DNA from: Flavobacteriaceae bacterium
Lineage (GTDB): Bacteria > Pseudomonadota > Alphaproteobacteria > Rhizobiales > Tepidamorphaceae
Assembly (NCBI GenBank): GCA_050249695.1
Contig: JBFWQA010000002.1
Location: 449,842 to 513,841 of the forward strand
DNA length: 64,000 nt
Direction: 5' to 3'
Shown: positions 1 through 10,331 of the stretch, piece after piece
Layout: every line of letters starts with the position of its first letter
Position numbering within the stretch: position 1 is the first letter of the stretch
The notes under the pieces: generated by a model
Databases searched by the model: none
Told to the model about the DNA's origin: nothing
What the model saw: the letters and a program-made list of their open reading frames with translations, nothing else
Program-made: the position numbers and the translations under genes

Positions 1-735
1 GCGCTTGGCCTCGCCGATCGAATATTCGCCGAAGTGAAAGATCGACGCGGCGAGGACGGCGCTCGCATGCCCCTCGCGAACCCCGTCGACGAGGTGATCG
101 AGCGTGCCGACCCCGCCGGAGGCGATGACCGGGACGGGCACGGCGTCGGCGACGGCGCGCGTCAGCTCGCAGTCGAAACCGGTGCGGGTGCCGTCACGGT
201 CCATGGAGGTGAGCAGGATCTCGCCGGCGCCGAGCTCGGCGACCCGGCGGGCGAAGCCTACCGCGTCGATACCCGTCGCCTTGCGGCCGCCATGGGTGAA
301 GATCTCCCAGCGCGCGGCGCCGGCCGGGCCGTCCGCGCGCTTGGCGTCGATCGCGACGACGATGCACTGATTGCCGAACTTTTCCGCAGCGCGGCGCACG
401 AAAGCCGGGTCGTTCACCGCGGCCGAATTGATCGACACCTTGTCGGCGCCCGCCTTCAGGAGGTTGCGGATGTCGGCGATCTCGCGCACGCCGCCGCCGA
501 CCGTCAGCGGCATGAAGCACTGCTCGGCGGTGCGCTGGACCACGTCGAAGATGATGCCGCGGTTCTCGTGCGTCGCCGTGATGTCGAGAAAGCAGAGTTC
601 GTCGGCGCCCGCCGCGTCATAGGCCTTGGCCGCCTCGACCGGATCGCCGGCATCGACGAGGTCGACGAAGTTCACGCCCTTGACGACACGGCCGTCCTTG
701 ACGTCGAGACAGGGGATGACGCGCACCTTCAGCAT
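1..735 (-). CDS. hisF: Imidazole glycerol phosphate synthase cyclase subunit HisF (3' end runs off the left window edge)
   Basis: Minus-strand translation from ATG at 735 reads [26 protein letters not shown]...TVGGGVR...SINSAAV...LTSMDRDGT..., typical HisF. It is absent from the ORF track because no stop lies in the window. The + ORF 34..801 is its antisense shadow. The start overlaps the hisA stop (TAATG). Confidence 0.93.
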   Translation of the reverse strand, partial: MLKVRVIPCLDVKDGRVVKGVNFVDLVDAGDPVEAAKAYDAAGADELCFLDITATHENRGIIFDVVQRTAEQCFMPLTVGGGVREIADIRNLLKAGADKVSINSAAVNDPAFVRRAAEKFGNQCIVVAIDAKRADGPAGAARWEIFTHGGRKATGIDAVGFARRVAELGAGEILLTSMDRDGTRTGFDCELTRAVADAVPVPVIASGGVGTLDHLVDGVREGHASAVLAASIFHFGEYSIGEAKR

Positions 736-1475
736 TACGCGGCCTGCCCTCTCGCGCCGAGCAGGCGGATCGCCTCCGCCGGATCGATGCGCCCGTCATA
801 GAGCGCGCGGCCGGTGATCGCACCGTCGAGGATTGCCGCGTCGTCGCGGCACAGCCGCTCCACATCGGCCATCGAGGCAAGGCCGCCGGAGGCGATGACC
901 GGAATGGAAATCGCCCGCGCCAGCTCCAGCGTCGCCTCGACGTTGAGGCCGGTCAGCACGCCGTCGCGATCGATATCGGTATAGACGATGGCGGCAACGC
1001 CCGCGTCCTCGAAGCGGCGGGCGAGATCGAGCGCCGTCATCTCGCTGGTTTCAGCCCAGCCCTCGACGGCGACAAGGCCCGCGCGCGCGTCGATGCCGAC
1101 GACGATGCGGCCCGGCAGCCGACCGGCCGCGCGGCGCACCAGTTCGGGATCGCGCAGCGCGACCGTCCCGAGGATCACCCGGTCGATGCCCTTTTCAAGC
1201 CAGCGGTCGATACCGGCCTCGTCGCGGATGCCGCCGCCCAGTTGAATCGGCACCGAAACCTTTTCGATGATCGCCTCGACCGCCGCGCCGTTGCGCGAGG
1301 TGCCGGCAAAGGCGCCGTCGAGATCGACGAGGTGAAGATAGTCGAAACCCATCTCCTGAAAGGCGAGCGCCTGCGCCGAAGGATCGGCGGCATAGACCGT
1401 CGCCTGCGCCATGTCGCCGAGCTTGAGGCGAACGCACTGCCCGTCCTTCAGATCGATCGCCGGGTAAAGTCTCAT
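735..1475 (-). CDS. hisA: ProFAR isomerase HisA
   Basis: ORF 735..1484. [17 protein letters not shown]... matches the HisA N-terminus. The internal ATG at 1475 was chosen and overlaps the hisH stop (ATGA). Confidence 0.93.
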   Translation of the reverse strand: MRLYPAIDLKDGQCVRLKLGDMAQATVYAADPSAQALAFQEMGFDYLHLVDLDGAFAGTSRNGAAVEAIIEKVSVPIQLGGGIRDEAGIDRWLEKGIDRVILGTVALRDPELVRRAAGRLPGRIVVGIDARAGLVAVEGWAETSEMTALDLARRFEDAGVAAIVYTDIDRDGVLTGLNVEATLELARAISIPVIASGGLASMADVERLCRDDAAILDGAITGRALYDGRIDPAEAIRLLGARGQAA

Positions 1476-2113
1476 GGCCGCCACTTCAAAAAATTGCCGA
1501 GCAGCGCCAGACCGAGGCGCTGGCTCTTTTCGGGGTGGAACTGGGTGCCGATCATGTTGTCACGGCCGACCACCGCGGTGACCGGGCCGCCATGATCGGT
1601 GACGGCGACGATATCGGCAGCGTTCTTCGCGCGCAGATGATAGGAGTGGACGAAATAGGCATGACAGTCGGTCGGCACGCCCGCGAATACCGGATGCTCG
1701 ACGACCATCTCAAGCATGTTCCAGCCCATATGGGGAATCTTGAGCGACGGATCGGCGGGAACGATCGGCACGACGTCGCCGGCGATCCATCCCAACCCTT
1801 CCGTCGTCGTGTATTCGAGGCCGCGCTCCGACATCAGCTGCATGCCGACGCAAATCCCCAAGAAGGGCCGCCCGGCGCCGCGCACCGTTTCCTCCAGCGC
1901 CGCGACCATGCCGGGCACGGAATCGAGACCGGCGCGGCAATCGGCATAGGCGCCGACACCCGGCAGCACGATCCTGTCGGCGGAACGCACGCGCGAGGGA
2001 TCGGCCGTCACCTCGATGTCGGCCGCGATGCCGGCCTGCGCGGCGGCGCGCTGAAAGGCCTTTTCCGCCGAGTGGAGGTTACCCGACCCGTAATCGATGA
2101 TTGCGACGCGCAT
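1472..2113 (-). CDS. hisH: Imidazole glycerol phosphate synthase glutamine amidotransferase subunit HisH
   Basis: Within ORF 1472..2506. [20 protein letters not shown]...GICVGMQL...FHPEKS carries the class-I GATase motifs. The N-terminal 131 aa of the listed ORF is Arg/Ala-rich read-through, so the ATG at 2113 was used. Confidence 0.92.
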   Translation of the reverse strand: MRVAIIDYGSGNLHSAEKAFQRAAAQAGIAADIEVTADPSRVRSADRIVLPGVGAYADCRAGLDSVPGMVAALEETVRGAGRPFLGICVGMQLMSERGLEYTTTEGLGWIAGDVVPIVPADPSLKIPHMGWNMLEMVVEHPVFAGVPTDCHAYFVHSYHLRAKNAADIVAVTDHGGPVTAVVGRDNMIGTQFHPEKSQRLGLALLGNFLKWRP

Positions 2114-2589
2114 CAGAGGGATCGTCCGGCTGCGGGAAAAAGGCCGACGCCCTGTGCGCCGGCGGGCGGTCTGGCCGGAGCTTGCGCCGCGGCGGAGGGC
2201 GGGGGCGGCGCGAGGCGCTGGCCCTGCCGGCTGAAATAGGAAAGCTCCGCTTCCTCCAGCGAGCCGCCGGCGGCGACGCCGTCTTCCACATAGCCGCGCC
2301 GCGCGAGCTTGGCACGCAGCCATTGCCGTCCTTCCAGCCCGACGAAAAGATTGACAGGCAGCGTCGCCGCGAACGCCCAGCCGTCGCCGAGCCCGACCAG
2401 CGTGATCGCCGCACCCAGCGCGAGCGACACGAGGATGAAGATGACGGCCGCCAGCCAGAGCCGCTTGACGAGCAGCCACACGAGCGGGACCAGAAAGCCC
2501 CACCACGCAAAGCCGTCCGGCACGAAGCGCACCGAATTCAGATCGGTGTCCGCGGCCCCCGGCCGGCGGTGGACGGTATAGATCTTCAT
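2113..2589 (-). CDS. DUF2628-like small membrane protein (commonly sits between hisB and hisH in Rhizobiales)
   Basis: ORF 2113..2589 has two hydrophobic helices ([36 protein letters not shown]). It is translationally coupled to hisH (TGATG). Confidence 0.75.
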   Translation of the reverse strand: MKIYTVHRRPGAADTDLNSVRFVPDGFAWWGFLVPLVWLLVKRLWLAAVIFILVSLALGAAITLVGLGDGWAFAATLPVNLFVGLEGRQWLRAKLARRGYVEDGVAAGGSLEEAELSYFSRQGQRLAPPPPSAAAQAPARPPAGAQGVGLFPAAGRSL

Positions 2590-2615
2590 CGCTCGATCAG
2601 GCTCTTTTCAAAGGC

Positions 2616-3221
2616 TCAGCAGGTCAGCGTTCCCTTGGTGGAGGGAATGGCGTCGGCGGCGCGCGGATCGATGCTGACGGCGGCACGCAGCGCGCGCGCC
2701 AGCGCCTTGAACGCGCTTTCGGCGATGTGATGGCTGTTTGCGCCGTAGAAGGTTTCCACATGCACGGTGACACGTGCGTTCTGGGCGAAGGCGTTGAACC
2801 ATTCGCGGACCAGCTCGGTATCGAACGTGCCGATCTTCTCGGCGGTGAACGTCGTGCGCCAGACGAGAAAGGGGCGCCCGGAAACGTCGACGGCGACGCG
2901 CGTCATCGCCTCGTCCATCGGCAGGTCGAAACTGGCGTAGCGGATGATCCCGCGCCGGTCGCCCAGCGCCTTGTCGAAAGCCTGACCAAGCGCGATACCG
3001 ACGTCCTCCACCGTGTGGTGATCGTCGATATGAGTGTCGCCGCTCGCCTTGACGCTGATATCGAAAAGGCCGTGCCGGGCGACCTGTTCGAGCATGTGGT
3101 CGAAAAACCCGACGCCCGTCGCAATGTCGGCCCGGCCCGTTCCGTCGAGATCGATCGCGACGGAAATGGCGGTTTCATTGGTCTTTCTGTCGAGCTTCGC
3201 CTTGCGGCCAGCCGTCTTCAT
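2616..3221 (-). CDS. hisB: Imidazoleglycerol-phosphate dehydratase HisB
   Basis: ORF 2616..3230. [16 protein letters not shown]...[19 protein letters not shown] are IGPD motifs. The start could be ATG 3221 or the upstream GTG 3230. Confidence 0.92.
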   Translation of the reverse strand: MKTAGRKAKLDRKTNETAISVAIDLDGTGRADIATGVGFFDHMLEQVARHGLFDISVKASGDTHIDDHHTVEDVGIALGQAFDKALGDRRGIIRYASFDLPMDEAMTRVAVDVSGRPFLVWRTTFTAEKIGTFDTELVREWFNAFAQNARVTVHVETFYGANSHHIAESAFKALARALRAAVSIDPRAADAIPSTKGTLTC

Positions 3222-3354
3222 TTCGCCCACCCGGGTTCAAGAAAGCCGTTTGCGGCGGGTTTTAACAGGGGATGGCGGCCGTTTCCAGCAAACAAATGGA
3301 TGGGCTTAACGAGGCTTCATGCGCTCCGGCGGCGGCGGCCCCGGGATCCGTGTG

Positions 3355-3385
3355 CCCTTTTCATTCGCGGCCGGCGTCCCTAAAT
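3355..3385 (+). promoter_or_regulatory. Possible sigma-32 (RpoH) type heat-shock promoter for hslV
   Basis: CCCTTTTCA-N14-CCCTAAAT compared with the consensus CCCTTGAA-N13-15-CCCCATNT. It lies about 45 nt upstream of the hslV ATG. hslVU is a classic RpoH regulon member. Confidence 0.3.
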
Positions 3386-3430
3386 GGGCAGCACGTCTAT
3401 TCTTTCCGTCCGCAAGAGGCGAGACACTCC

Positions 3431-3994
3431 ATGGCAGAAGACAAGGTTTCGGGCCCGGGTTGGCACGGCACGACGATCCTGACCGTGCGCAAGGGCGACA
3501 AGGTCGTCGTCGCCGGCGACGGCCAGGTCAGCATCGGCAACACCGTCATCAAGAATTCCGCGCGCAAGGTGCGGCGCATCGGTTCCGGGGACGTCATCGG
3601 CGGCTTCGCCGGGGCGACCGCCGACGCCTTCACGCTGTTCGAGCGGCTGGAAAAGAAGCTCGAACAGTATCCCGGCCAGCTGATGCGGGCGGCGGTGGAG
3701 CTTGCCAAGGACTGGCGCACCGACAAGTATCTTCGCCATCTGGAAGCAATGATGATCGTCGCCGATCCGTCCGTCAGCCTGGTGCTCACCGGCGTCGGCG
3801 ACGTGCTGGAGCCGGAAGGCAACGTCATGGGCATCGGTTCGGGCGGCAACTACGCGCTGGCCGCGGCGCGCGCCCTGATGGACAGCGATCTCGATGCCGA
3901 AGCCATCGCCCGCAAAGCGATGGCCATCGCCGCCGACATCTGCGTCTTCACCAACAATTCGCTCGTCGTGGAAACGCTCGATGCTCGCGCGTGA
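3431..3994 (+). CDS. hslV: ATP-dependent protease subunit HslV
   Basis: Within ORF 3272..3994. [34 protein letters not shown] contains the catalytic Thr context GTTI. ATG 3431 is preceded by AGAGG. Confidence 0.93.
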   Translation: MAEDKVSGPGWHGTTILTVRKGDKVVVAGDGQVSIGNTVIKNSARKVRRIGSGDVIGGFAGATADAFTLFERLEKKLEQYPGQLMRAAVELAKDWRTDKYLRHLEAMMIVADPSVSLVLTGVGDVLEPEGNVMGIGSGGNYALAAARALMDSDLDAEAIARKAMAIAADICVFTNNSLVVETLDARA

Positions 3995-5012
3995 GACGTT
4001 GCAGGGCGCCGTTGAGGCAGGCATCCTGACATCCGAACAGGCGGACGGGCTTTCTGCCTATCTGGCGGAACGGGAAACCTTGCGGGATCCGGAAAAGGTC
4101 CGGTTCACCCACGGATTCCACGACATCTTCATCGGCATCGGCATCGTCATTCTGCTCGTCGGTATCGGGCTCAGCAACAACATCGCCGCCGCACCGTTCG
4201 CGGCGATCACCATCTGGATTCTTGCCGAATGGCTGTCGCGGCTCCGGCGGGCAGCGTTCCCTTCGCTGATCCTGACACTCGCGTTTCCCCTATTCGCGGG
4301 GCTGACACTAGCCTTGGCCATTGGCGGCCTGCCCATCAACGTGACGGCAGTGATGCTCTTCTCCAATGCCCAGGCCGCCGTCCTGTTCGGCGTCGCCGCC
4401 CTTACCGGCGCGCTGGCTTTCTATTGGCGGTTCAACACGCCGATCTCGCTGGCATTGATCGCCGGGAGCGCCATCGTACTGGTGATCGCGCTCCTTGAAC
4501 TGGCCTCGCCCGGGATCACAGCGCGTTGGCTTGCCGCCGAGACCCTGGTTGCCGGGCTCGGCTGCTTTCTCCTCGCCATGCGGTATGACAGCCGCGATAC
4601 ATCGCGGCGCACGATAAATACCGACAAGGCGTTCTGGCTCCATTTGATGGCAGCGCCCCTTGTCATCCATTCTTCCGTTTCATATCTGCAAAACGCCGGG
4701 TCGGGGTCTCTCTCCGCCGCTGTCCTCATCGCCTTCGTTCTCGTCATGGGCCTCGTCGCGCTCGTCGTCGACAGGCGCGCGCTCCTGGTATCGGGCCTTG
4801 CATATCTTGGCGTTGCCGTCGTGCGGCTGATGATGAGCGCATCGATGGATGCCAATCTGGCCATTCCGGCCGCGCTTGTCGCGGTCGGCCTCTTCGTTCT
4901 GCTCGTGGGTTCGGCCTGGGCGTCCTTGCGCCGCACCATTCTTGCGCCCTTCGCCGGCACGCCCCTGCTGAGATTCGTACCTTCGCCAACCAGGAATATC
5001 GTTCATGACTGA
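3981..5012 (+). CDS. Polytopic membrane protein of unknown function inserted between hslV and hslU
   Basis: Within ORF 3894..5012. There are at least 8 hydrophobic segments after a soluble roughly 45-aa N-terminus ([28 protein letters not shown]). It overlaps the hslV end by 14 nt and the hslU start by 8 nt. Confidence 0.7.
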   Translation: MLARETLQGAVEAGILTSEQADGLSAYLAERETLRDPEKVRFTHGFHDIFIGIGIVILLVGIGLSNNIAAAPFAAITIWILAEWLSRLRRAAFPSLILTLAFPLFAGLTLALAIGGLPINVTAVMLFSNAQAAVLFGVAALTGALAFYWRFNTPISLALIAGSAIVLVIALLELASPGITARWLAAETLVAGLGCFLLAMRYDSRDTSRRTINTDKAFWLHLMAAPLVIHSSVSYLQNAGSGSLSAAVLIAFVLVMGLVALVVDRRALLVSGLAYLGVAVVRLMMSASMDANLAIPAALVAVGLFVLLVGSAWASLRRTILAPFAGTPLLRFVPSPTRNIVHD

Positions 5013-6303
5013 CTTCTCGCCCCGCGAGATCGTTTCCGAGCTCGATCGTTTCATCATCGGCCAGAAGGACGCCAAGCGCGCCGTGGCCATCGCATTGCGC
5101 AACCGCTGGCGCCGCCAGCATCTCGATGACGATCTGAGGCAGGAGGTGCTGCCCAAGAACATCCTGATGATCGGCCCGACGGGCGTCGGCAAGACGGAGA
5201 TTTCGCGCCGCCTCGCCAAGCTCGCCAACGCGCCCTTCGTCAAGGTCGAGGCGACCAAGTTCACTGAGGTGGGCTATGTCGGGCGGGACGTCGAACAGAT
5301 CATCCGCGATCTGGTGGAGATCGCCATCGGTCAGCTGCGCGACCAGAAGCGGCGCGATGTCGAGGCGAAGGCGCATCTGAACGCCGAGGCCCGCGTGCTC
5401 GACGCGCTGGTCGGGCCAGGTTCGGGCACGGCGACGCGCGATTCGTTCCGCAAGAAACTGCGCGCCGGCGATCTCGACGACAAGGAGATCGAACTGGAAC
5501 TGCGGCAGACCGGCAATGCCGGCGCATTCGAGATTCCCGGCATGCCGGGCGCCCAGATGGTCAATCTCGGCGACATGCTCGGCAAGGCTTTCGGCGGACC
5601 GACGAAGACGCGCCGGCTGAGCGTCAAGGAATCCTATCCGCTGCTGATCGCGGAGGAATCCGACAAGCTTCTCGACAATGAGCGGATCACGCAGGACGCG
5701 ATCCATCTGACGGAAAACAGCGGTATCGTGTTCCTCGACGAGATCGACAAGATCTGCGCGCGCGCCGAGCGCGGCGGCGCCGATGTCAGCCGCGAGGGCG
5801 TGCAGCGCGACCTCCTCCCGCTGATCGAGGGCACGACGGTCGCCACCAAGTACGGGCCGGTCAAGACCGACCATATCCTGTTCATCGCCTCCGGCGCCTT
5901 CCATATCGCGAGGCCCTCGGACCTTCTGCCCGAACTGCAGGGCCGCCTGCCGATCCGGGTGGAACTCAGGGCGCTGACGGAAGAGGACTTCCGCCGCATC
6001 CTGACCGAGACGGAGGCCAGCCTGATCAAGCAGTATGTGGCGCTGATGGCGACGGAGGGCGTGACGCTGGAATTCGCCGACGACGCCATCGAATCGATCG
6101 CCCGCATCGCCGTGGAGGTGAACGCGTCGGTAGAGAATATCGGCGCGCGCCGCCTGCAGACCGTGATGGAGCGGGTTCTCGACGAGATCAGCTTCGAAGC
6201 CCCGGACAAGCATGGCGAGCGGCTGACGGTGGATGCCGCCTATGTGGAGAGCCATATCGGCGACCTTGCCCGCAACGCCGATCTCAGCCGGTTCATCCTT
6301 TAA
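5005..6303 (+). CDS. hslU: ATP-dependent protease ATPase subunit HslU
   Basis: ORF 5005..6303. [37 protein letters not shown] and the Walker A motif [10 protein letters not shown]. Confidence 0.96.
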   Translation: MTDFSPREIVSELDRFIIGQKDAKRAVAIALRNRWRRQHLDDDLRQEVLPKNILMIGPTGVGKTEISRRLAKLANAPFVKVEATKFTEVGYVGRDVEQIIRDLVEIAIGQLRDQKRRDVEAKAHLNAEARVLDALVGPGSGTATRDSFRKKLRAGDLDDKEIELELRQTGNAGAFEIPGMPGAQMVNLGDMLGKAFGGPTKTRRLSVKESYPLLIAEESDKLLDNERITQDAIHLTENSGIVFLDEIDKICARAERGGADVSREGVQRDLLPLIEGTTVATKYGPVKTDHILFIASGAFHIARPSDLLPELQGRLPIRVELRALTEEDFRRILTETEASLIKQYVALMATEGVTLEFADDAIESIARIAVEVNASVENIGARRLQTVMERVLDEISFEAPDKHGERLTVDAAYVESHIGDLARNADLSRFIL

Positions 6304-6685
6304 GGTCTTCGCCGTCGCCTCGTCGGCCGCCCGTCATCGTCTTCAGCCGCGAGAGCAGTTCTTCGATGTCGCTGCCCCTCAGCCGGCCGATATCAACGGC
6401 GAGACGGTTGGCAAGCTCGGTCGCTTCCGGCGAGAGACCCGACGTATCCACAACAACGCGCGGATGCGACATCAGCGCCAGGCGCTGCAGCGCCTCGGCC
6501 TCATCCCAGATCACATTGAAATAGGCGATGATCCGCTGGAGCAGAAACCAGTTCGGCCGCCCCCTCTTGCCGTGTTCGAGCGCCGAAAGGTATGCCGGCG
6601 AAACTTCAAGCGCGGCGGCCATATCCTGCAGGGTGATGCCGCGCTCATCGCGCATTTCGCGGATGCGGGCGCCGAACGGCGTCAT
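6293..6685 (-). CDS. XRE-family helix-turn-helix transcriptional regulator
   Basis: Within ORF 6293..6802. [42 protein letters not shown] is an HTH_3 pattern. The ATG at 6685 overlaps the smr stop (ATGA). Confidence 0.8.
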   Translation of the reverse strand: MTPFGARIREMRDERGITLQDMAAALEVSPAYLSALEHGKRGRPNWFLLQRIIAYFNVIWDEAEALQRLALMSHPRVVVDTSGLSPEATELANRLAVDIGRLRGSDIEELLSRLKTMTGGRRGDGEDLKG

Positions 6686-7260
6686 TTGCCGAGCCGCTCG
6701 CGACGGCGAAGCTGAACGTAGATCGCCCTCTCCCCGCCCCGATGCCGATGGGCCGGCGCCGTGGCCACGACGAACGGCGCGAGCGAAGGCGATGCCAGCC
6801 ATTTCGGCACCTGCCGGCGCAGGATACCCATTCCCTCGCCGCCGGAGCGGCCCTTGCCGGTTATCACCATGACCAGCCGCAAGCCGCGCGACGCGCCGTC
6901 GCGAATGAACCGGTCCAGCGCCGCGTGGGCGGCGTCCTGGCGCATGCCGTGCAGATCGATCGACGCGTCGATGTCGCCGCCGGCCTTAGACAGCTTGCGC
7001 AGCAGGCGCGGCTCGATCCGACCCGGCCCGGTGACACGGGGCGCGGGCGGCAGCGGACGGTAGGCGGGCAGCGCCGTCGACAGCGTCTTCTTCCTGGCCG
7101 GCTTTGCCGGTTCAGGCGGACCGCCCGCCGGCTTTTCCCCGGGGGGGCCGATTGCCGCTGGGTCGCGGCGGCGCAACGGCGTGACTTCCCGCGTGACCGC
7201 TTCCCAGAGCCCTGCGTCGTCGTCGCCGGACTTGCCGCCGCGGCCGCGCCGCCCGGTCAT
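6682..7260 (-). CDS. Smr/MutS2-type small nuclease domain protein
   Basis: ORF 6682..7260. The C-terminus IDLHGMRQDAAHAALDRFI...LVMVITGKG...GILRRQVPKWL is a Smr domain. Confidence 0.85.
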   Translation of the reverse strand: MTGRRGRGGKSGDDDAGLWEAVTREVTPLRRRDPAAIGPPGEKPAGGPPEPAKPARKKTLSTALPAYRPLPPAPRVTGPGRIEPRLLRKLSKAGGDIDASIDLHGMRQDAAHAALDRFIRDGASRGLRLVMVITGKGRSGGEGMGILRRQVPKWLASPSLAPFVVATAPAHRHRGGERAIYVQLRRRERLGK

Positions 7261-8387
7261 CTCCGCGCCTCTTTCGGCAGGAGGACGTAGAAATCCACCT
7301 CGTGCTGAACGAGACCTGCGATGAACCCGGCGGCGTCGCCGGCGCCGAAGAAGATGTCGCCGCGCGCCGCGCCGACGATGGCGCTGCCGGTATCCTGAGC
7401 GATCATCAGCTGGCCGATGCCAAGCATCGCGCCGCCCGGCCCGACCGGCAGGTCTCCCGACAGGAAGACCGGCGTGCCATAGGCGTGGACCTTGTGGTCC
7501 ACCGCGATGGAGCGGAGCGGGGTCAGCGGGACACCGGCGGCGCCGACGGGTCCGAGCGAAGGGTCGCCGACGGGCAATTCGCGGAAGAAGATATAGGACT
7601 CGTTGCGCCGCATGATCCGTTCGGCCTCGGCCGGATGGGATTTCAGCCAGTCGCGCAGACGATCGGCCGTCAATTCTTCCTTGCGCATCAGACCTTCGTC
7701 GATCAGAACGCGCCCGACCGGCGTATAGGGATGGCCGTTGCGGCCCGCGAAGCCGACGCGCATGATGCTTTCGTCGGGCAGATGAATGCGGGCCGAACCC
7801 TGGATTTGGACGAAGAAGGCGTCCACGGGATCTTCGAGATAGACCACCGCCTCGGGCGCCGGGCCCAATGCGCCAGTCTCGATCTCGGCGCGCGTCGGAT
7901 AGGCCTCCCAGCCGGCCGCGGTCCTGCGCGCGGCGCGGAGCCCCCTGGCGACACCGCGAGGCGGCTTGTCCGGATCGATATCCTTCAGATCGTCAGGCCG
8001 CGCGAGCAGCGGGTAGCGGTAATGAGCGTCAGGTTCGAGCGAACCTTCAAGCTCGGGCTCGAAATAGCCGGTGACGAACCCCTTGCCCTTCGCGGGCGCA
8101 ACCCTGAAGGGTTCAAACCATTTTTCGAAGAAGGCCCGGGCCGCGCCGGCGGAAAGACCGGCACCGCCAGCAGCGGCGCAGGCGCCGGCAAATCTGCCGC
8201 TCGACGATTTGGCGCAGGAATGGCGGAAGGCTTTCAGCGCCTGAGCAGGATTGTCGCGACCCCAGCCCGACAGATCGGCAAACGCCACCGGCTCAAGTCG
8301 GCTACCGTCGGCGAGAACGGTGGCGGCCACGGTCCGCACGGGTGACGCCGCCAGACAGAAAGCGAGAATGGCGGCGGCGATGCGCAT
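7257..8387 (-). CDS. mltA: Murein transglycosylase A (MltA family, signal peptide present)
   Basis: ORF 7257..8387. It has the signal peptide MRIAAAILAFCLAASPV and an MltA/3D-domain-like C-terminus (AVDHKVHAYGTPVFL...IAQDTGSAIVG..RGDIFFG). Confidence 0.88.
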   Translation of the reverse strand: MRIAAAILAFCLAASPVRTVAATVLADGSRLEPVAFADLSGWGRDNPAQALKAFRHSCAKSSSGRFAGACAAAGGAGLSAGAARAFFEKWFEPFRVAPAKGKGFVTGYFEPELEGSLEPDAHYRYPLLARPDDLKDIDPDKPPRGVARGLRAARRTAAGWEAYPTRAEIETGALGPAPEAVVYLEDPVDAFFVQIQGSARIHLPDESIMRVGFAGRNGHPYTPVGRVLIDEGLMRKEELTADRLRDWLKSHPAEAERIMRRNESYIFFRELPVGDPSLGPVGAAGVPLTPLRSIAVDHKVHAYGTPVFLSGDLPVGPGGAMLGIGQLMIAQDTGSAIVGAARGDIFFGAGDAAGFIAGLVQHEVDFYVLLPKEARR

Positions 8388-8401
8388 CGTCCCTTCAGGT
8401 C

Positions 8402-9133
8402 CTAATCACCAGCTTCGGTGGCAACCAGGCTCCAGTTGGGATCACGCGAGCCCGTGTCGCGTGCAAACGTCCACACATCCGTGACATCCGCGATCGCCGA
8501 CGGATCGCCGTCGATCACCTTGCCGTCGGAATCCTTTGTGACCGATATGAGCTTGGAGCGGATCTGAAGCGTGACATGGGCCTGCCGGCCCTTCATGCCG
8601 GCTTCGGTAATCCGCGCCTCGTCGATGCCCACAAAGGTCATCTCGACCTGCTGTCCGGATGCCTCACGCTCGGCAATGGCGCCTGCGAAACCCTCATAGA
8701 CCTCGCGGCTGAGCAGCGAACGCAGCGTCTTGCGATCGCCGCCCGCAAACGCGGTCACAATCATCTCATAGGCGGAACGGGCGCCGGCAACGAAAGCGGC
8801 GGGGTCGAAGTTGCGGTCGGCGGCGACGATCGCCTGCAGGCCTTCCGCGGCATTGCTGCCGGGCTGGATATGGGCGCTCCAGTCCGGCGTGGGCTTCGCC
8901 GGCGCCGCCCTTGTCTGTTTGGGAAGCGTCACCACATTGTCGCTATCGGCTTTGGCAGGAGCGGGTTTTTCGACGGCCTCGCCTTCGGCCCTGCCCGCAT
9001 CGCGCCGCGTATAGGGATCGAAAGGCGGGCGTTCGCTGCCCGTGCGGCGACCGAGAACGTTTCGCAAGCGCAGGAACAGCACGATCGCGAGCACCAGAAA
9101 CAGAATTGTATAAATATCGAAAAACCCGTCCAT
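8402..9133 (-). CDS. Tim44-like domain membrane-anchored protein
   Basis: ORF 8402..9133. It has an N-terminal TM helix (IYTILFLVLAIVLFL) and a C-terminal Tim44-like region. A neighbour of fxsA/secB, as is usual in alphaproteobacteria. Confidence 0.75.
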   Translation of the reverse strand: MDGFFDIYTILFLVLAIVLFLRLRNVLGRRTGSERPPFDPYTRRDAGRAEGEAVEKPAPAKADSDNVVTLPKQTRAAPAKPTPDWSAHIQPGSNAAEGLQAIVAADRNFDPAAFVAGARSAYEMIVTAFAGGDRKTLRSLLSREVYEGFAGAIAEREASGQQVEMTFVGIDEARITEAGMKGRQAHVTLQIRSKLISVTKDSDGKVIDGDPSAIADVTDVWTFARDTGSRDPNWSLVATEAGD

Positions 9134-9220
9134 CTCCGCCTTCGCCAGCGTTTGTGTTTCGCCCGCACCTGTCGCGTCTTCTATATCTATAGACCTTACC
9201 GAGGGAATCCAGAGGCCCCA

Positions 9221-9709
9221 ATGGCAATTCTTCTCCTCGCCTTCGTCGGCGTGCCGCTTATCGAGATCGCCCTCTTCATCGAAATAGGCGGACGAATCGG
9301 GCTGGCGGCGACGATCGGCGTCGTCATCGCCACCGCGATTCTGGGTTCGATCATGCTGCGGCTCCAGGGCCTGTCGGCACTCGGATCGATCAACCGTTCG
9401 CTGGAGCGCGGTGAATTCCCCGCCGAGGGGCTTCGCGACGGCGCGCTGCTGCTGTTTGCCGCCGCGCTGCTGCTCACGCCCGGCTTCTTCACCGACGCCA
9501 TCGGTTTCGCGCTGCTCTTTCCGCCGGTGCGGCGGGCGGTCGGCGCCTTCATCTTCCGCTATGCCGCCGGCCGCGTAGAGGTGCGCCGCTACGGACCTTC
9601 CGGCGACCGCTCCGCGGGCCCGCGCCCGCGAGGACCGGTCGTGATCGAGGGCGAGGCACGCGAGATCGACGATGACGAAAGGCGCGGCGGAACGGACCGG
9701 CGCCGCTAA
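9221..9709 (+). CDS. fxsA: FxsA family membrane protein
   Basis: This is the 3' part of the long ORF 8342..9709. MAILLLAFVGVPLIEIALFIEIGGRIG...LLLTPGFFTD is FxsA-like. The upstream 293 codons are the antisense shadow of the Tim44-like gene. Confidence 0.85.
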   Translation: MAILLLAFVGVPLIEIALFIEIGGRIGLAATIGVVIATAILGSIMLRLQGLSALGSINRSLERGEFPAEGLRDGALLLFAAALLLTPGFFTDAIGFALLFPPVRRAVGAFIFRYAAGRVEVRRYGPSGDRSAGPRPRGPVVIEGEAREIDDDERRGGTDRRR

Positions 9710-9809
9710 AGCGCCGTTGCGCCTTGTGCCGCGTTGCGGCGCGTGCTAGCTCGCACCTCAATCGGGTCCGCCGGACCTGCATCGTGACCACACGGGATTT
9801 AAAAAGCCG

Positions 9810-10316
9810 ATGGCGAAGCAGCCCAACGAAACCAATGGCGGAAACGCCACCGCCGGTGCCGGCGAAGCGCCGGCGATGCCGCAGATCAATGTGCTCGGCC
9901 AGTACATCAAGGACCTTTCCTTCGAGAATCCGAACGCCCCTGGCTCGTTCCTAAAGCGCGGCGAGAAGCAGCCGCCGCTTAACGTGCAGATCAACGTCAA
10001 CATCAATCCCATCGCCGAGACCGATTTCAACGTCGAATTGGTGCTGGAGGCGAAAGCGGGCGAAGGCAAGGAACTGCTCTTCAACCTGGAGCTGACCTAT
10101 GCCGGCATCTTCCGCGTCACCAATGTGGCGCAGGAACATCTGCACCCCATCGTCATGATCGAATGTCCGCGCCTGCTCTTTCCGTTCGCGCGTCAGATCA
10201 TCGCCAACTGCACGCAGCAGGGCGGCTTCCCCCCGATGATGCTCGATCCGATCGATTTCGTCAGCCTCTATCGCCAGAGGATGGCGCAGCAGCAACAGCC
10301 GGCGACGGCGAACTGA
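9810..10316 (+). CDS. secB: Protein-export chaperone SecB
   Basis: ORF 9810..10316. [19 protein letters not shown]...[14 protein letters not shown] are SecB motifs. Confidence 0.93.
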   Translation: MAKQPNETNGGNATAGAGEAPAMPQINVLGQYIKDLSFENPNAPGSFLKRGEKQPPLNVQINVNINPIAETDFNVELVLEAKAGEGKELLFNLELTYAGIFRVTNVAQEHLHPIVMIECPRLLFPFARQIIANCTQQGGFPPMMLDPIDFVSLYRQRMAQQQQPATAN

Positions 10317-10331
10317 GGCTGACGGGGTATT

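Noticed and set aside
34-801. 255-aa + ORF at the left edge
   Set aside because: The opposite strand translates into a near-textbook HisF. This ORF is its shadow.
4744-6255. 503-aa minus ORF opposite hslU. The same class includes 17296..18690 opposite mnmE, 51792..54116 opposite the Mo-enzyme, 24476..25942 and 26096..27214 opposite leuS, 14284..15432 opposite hemE and 16211..17299 opposite rho.
   Set aside because: All are antisense to genes with unambiguous conserved motifs. They show Arg/Gly/Asp-rich low-complexity composition and were treated as non-coding shadows.
8342-9220. N-terminal 293 codons of the 455-aa ORF 8342..9709
   Set aside because: They are antisense to the Tim44-like gene. 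Only the last 162 codons (FxsA, from ATG 9221) look like a real protein.
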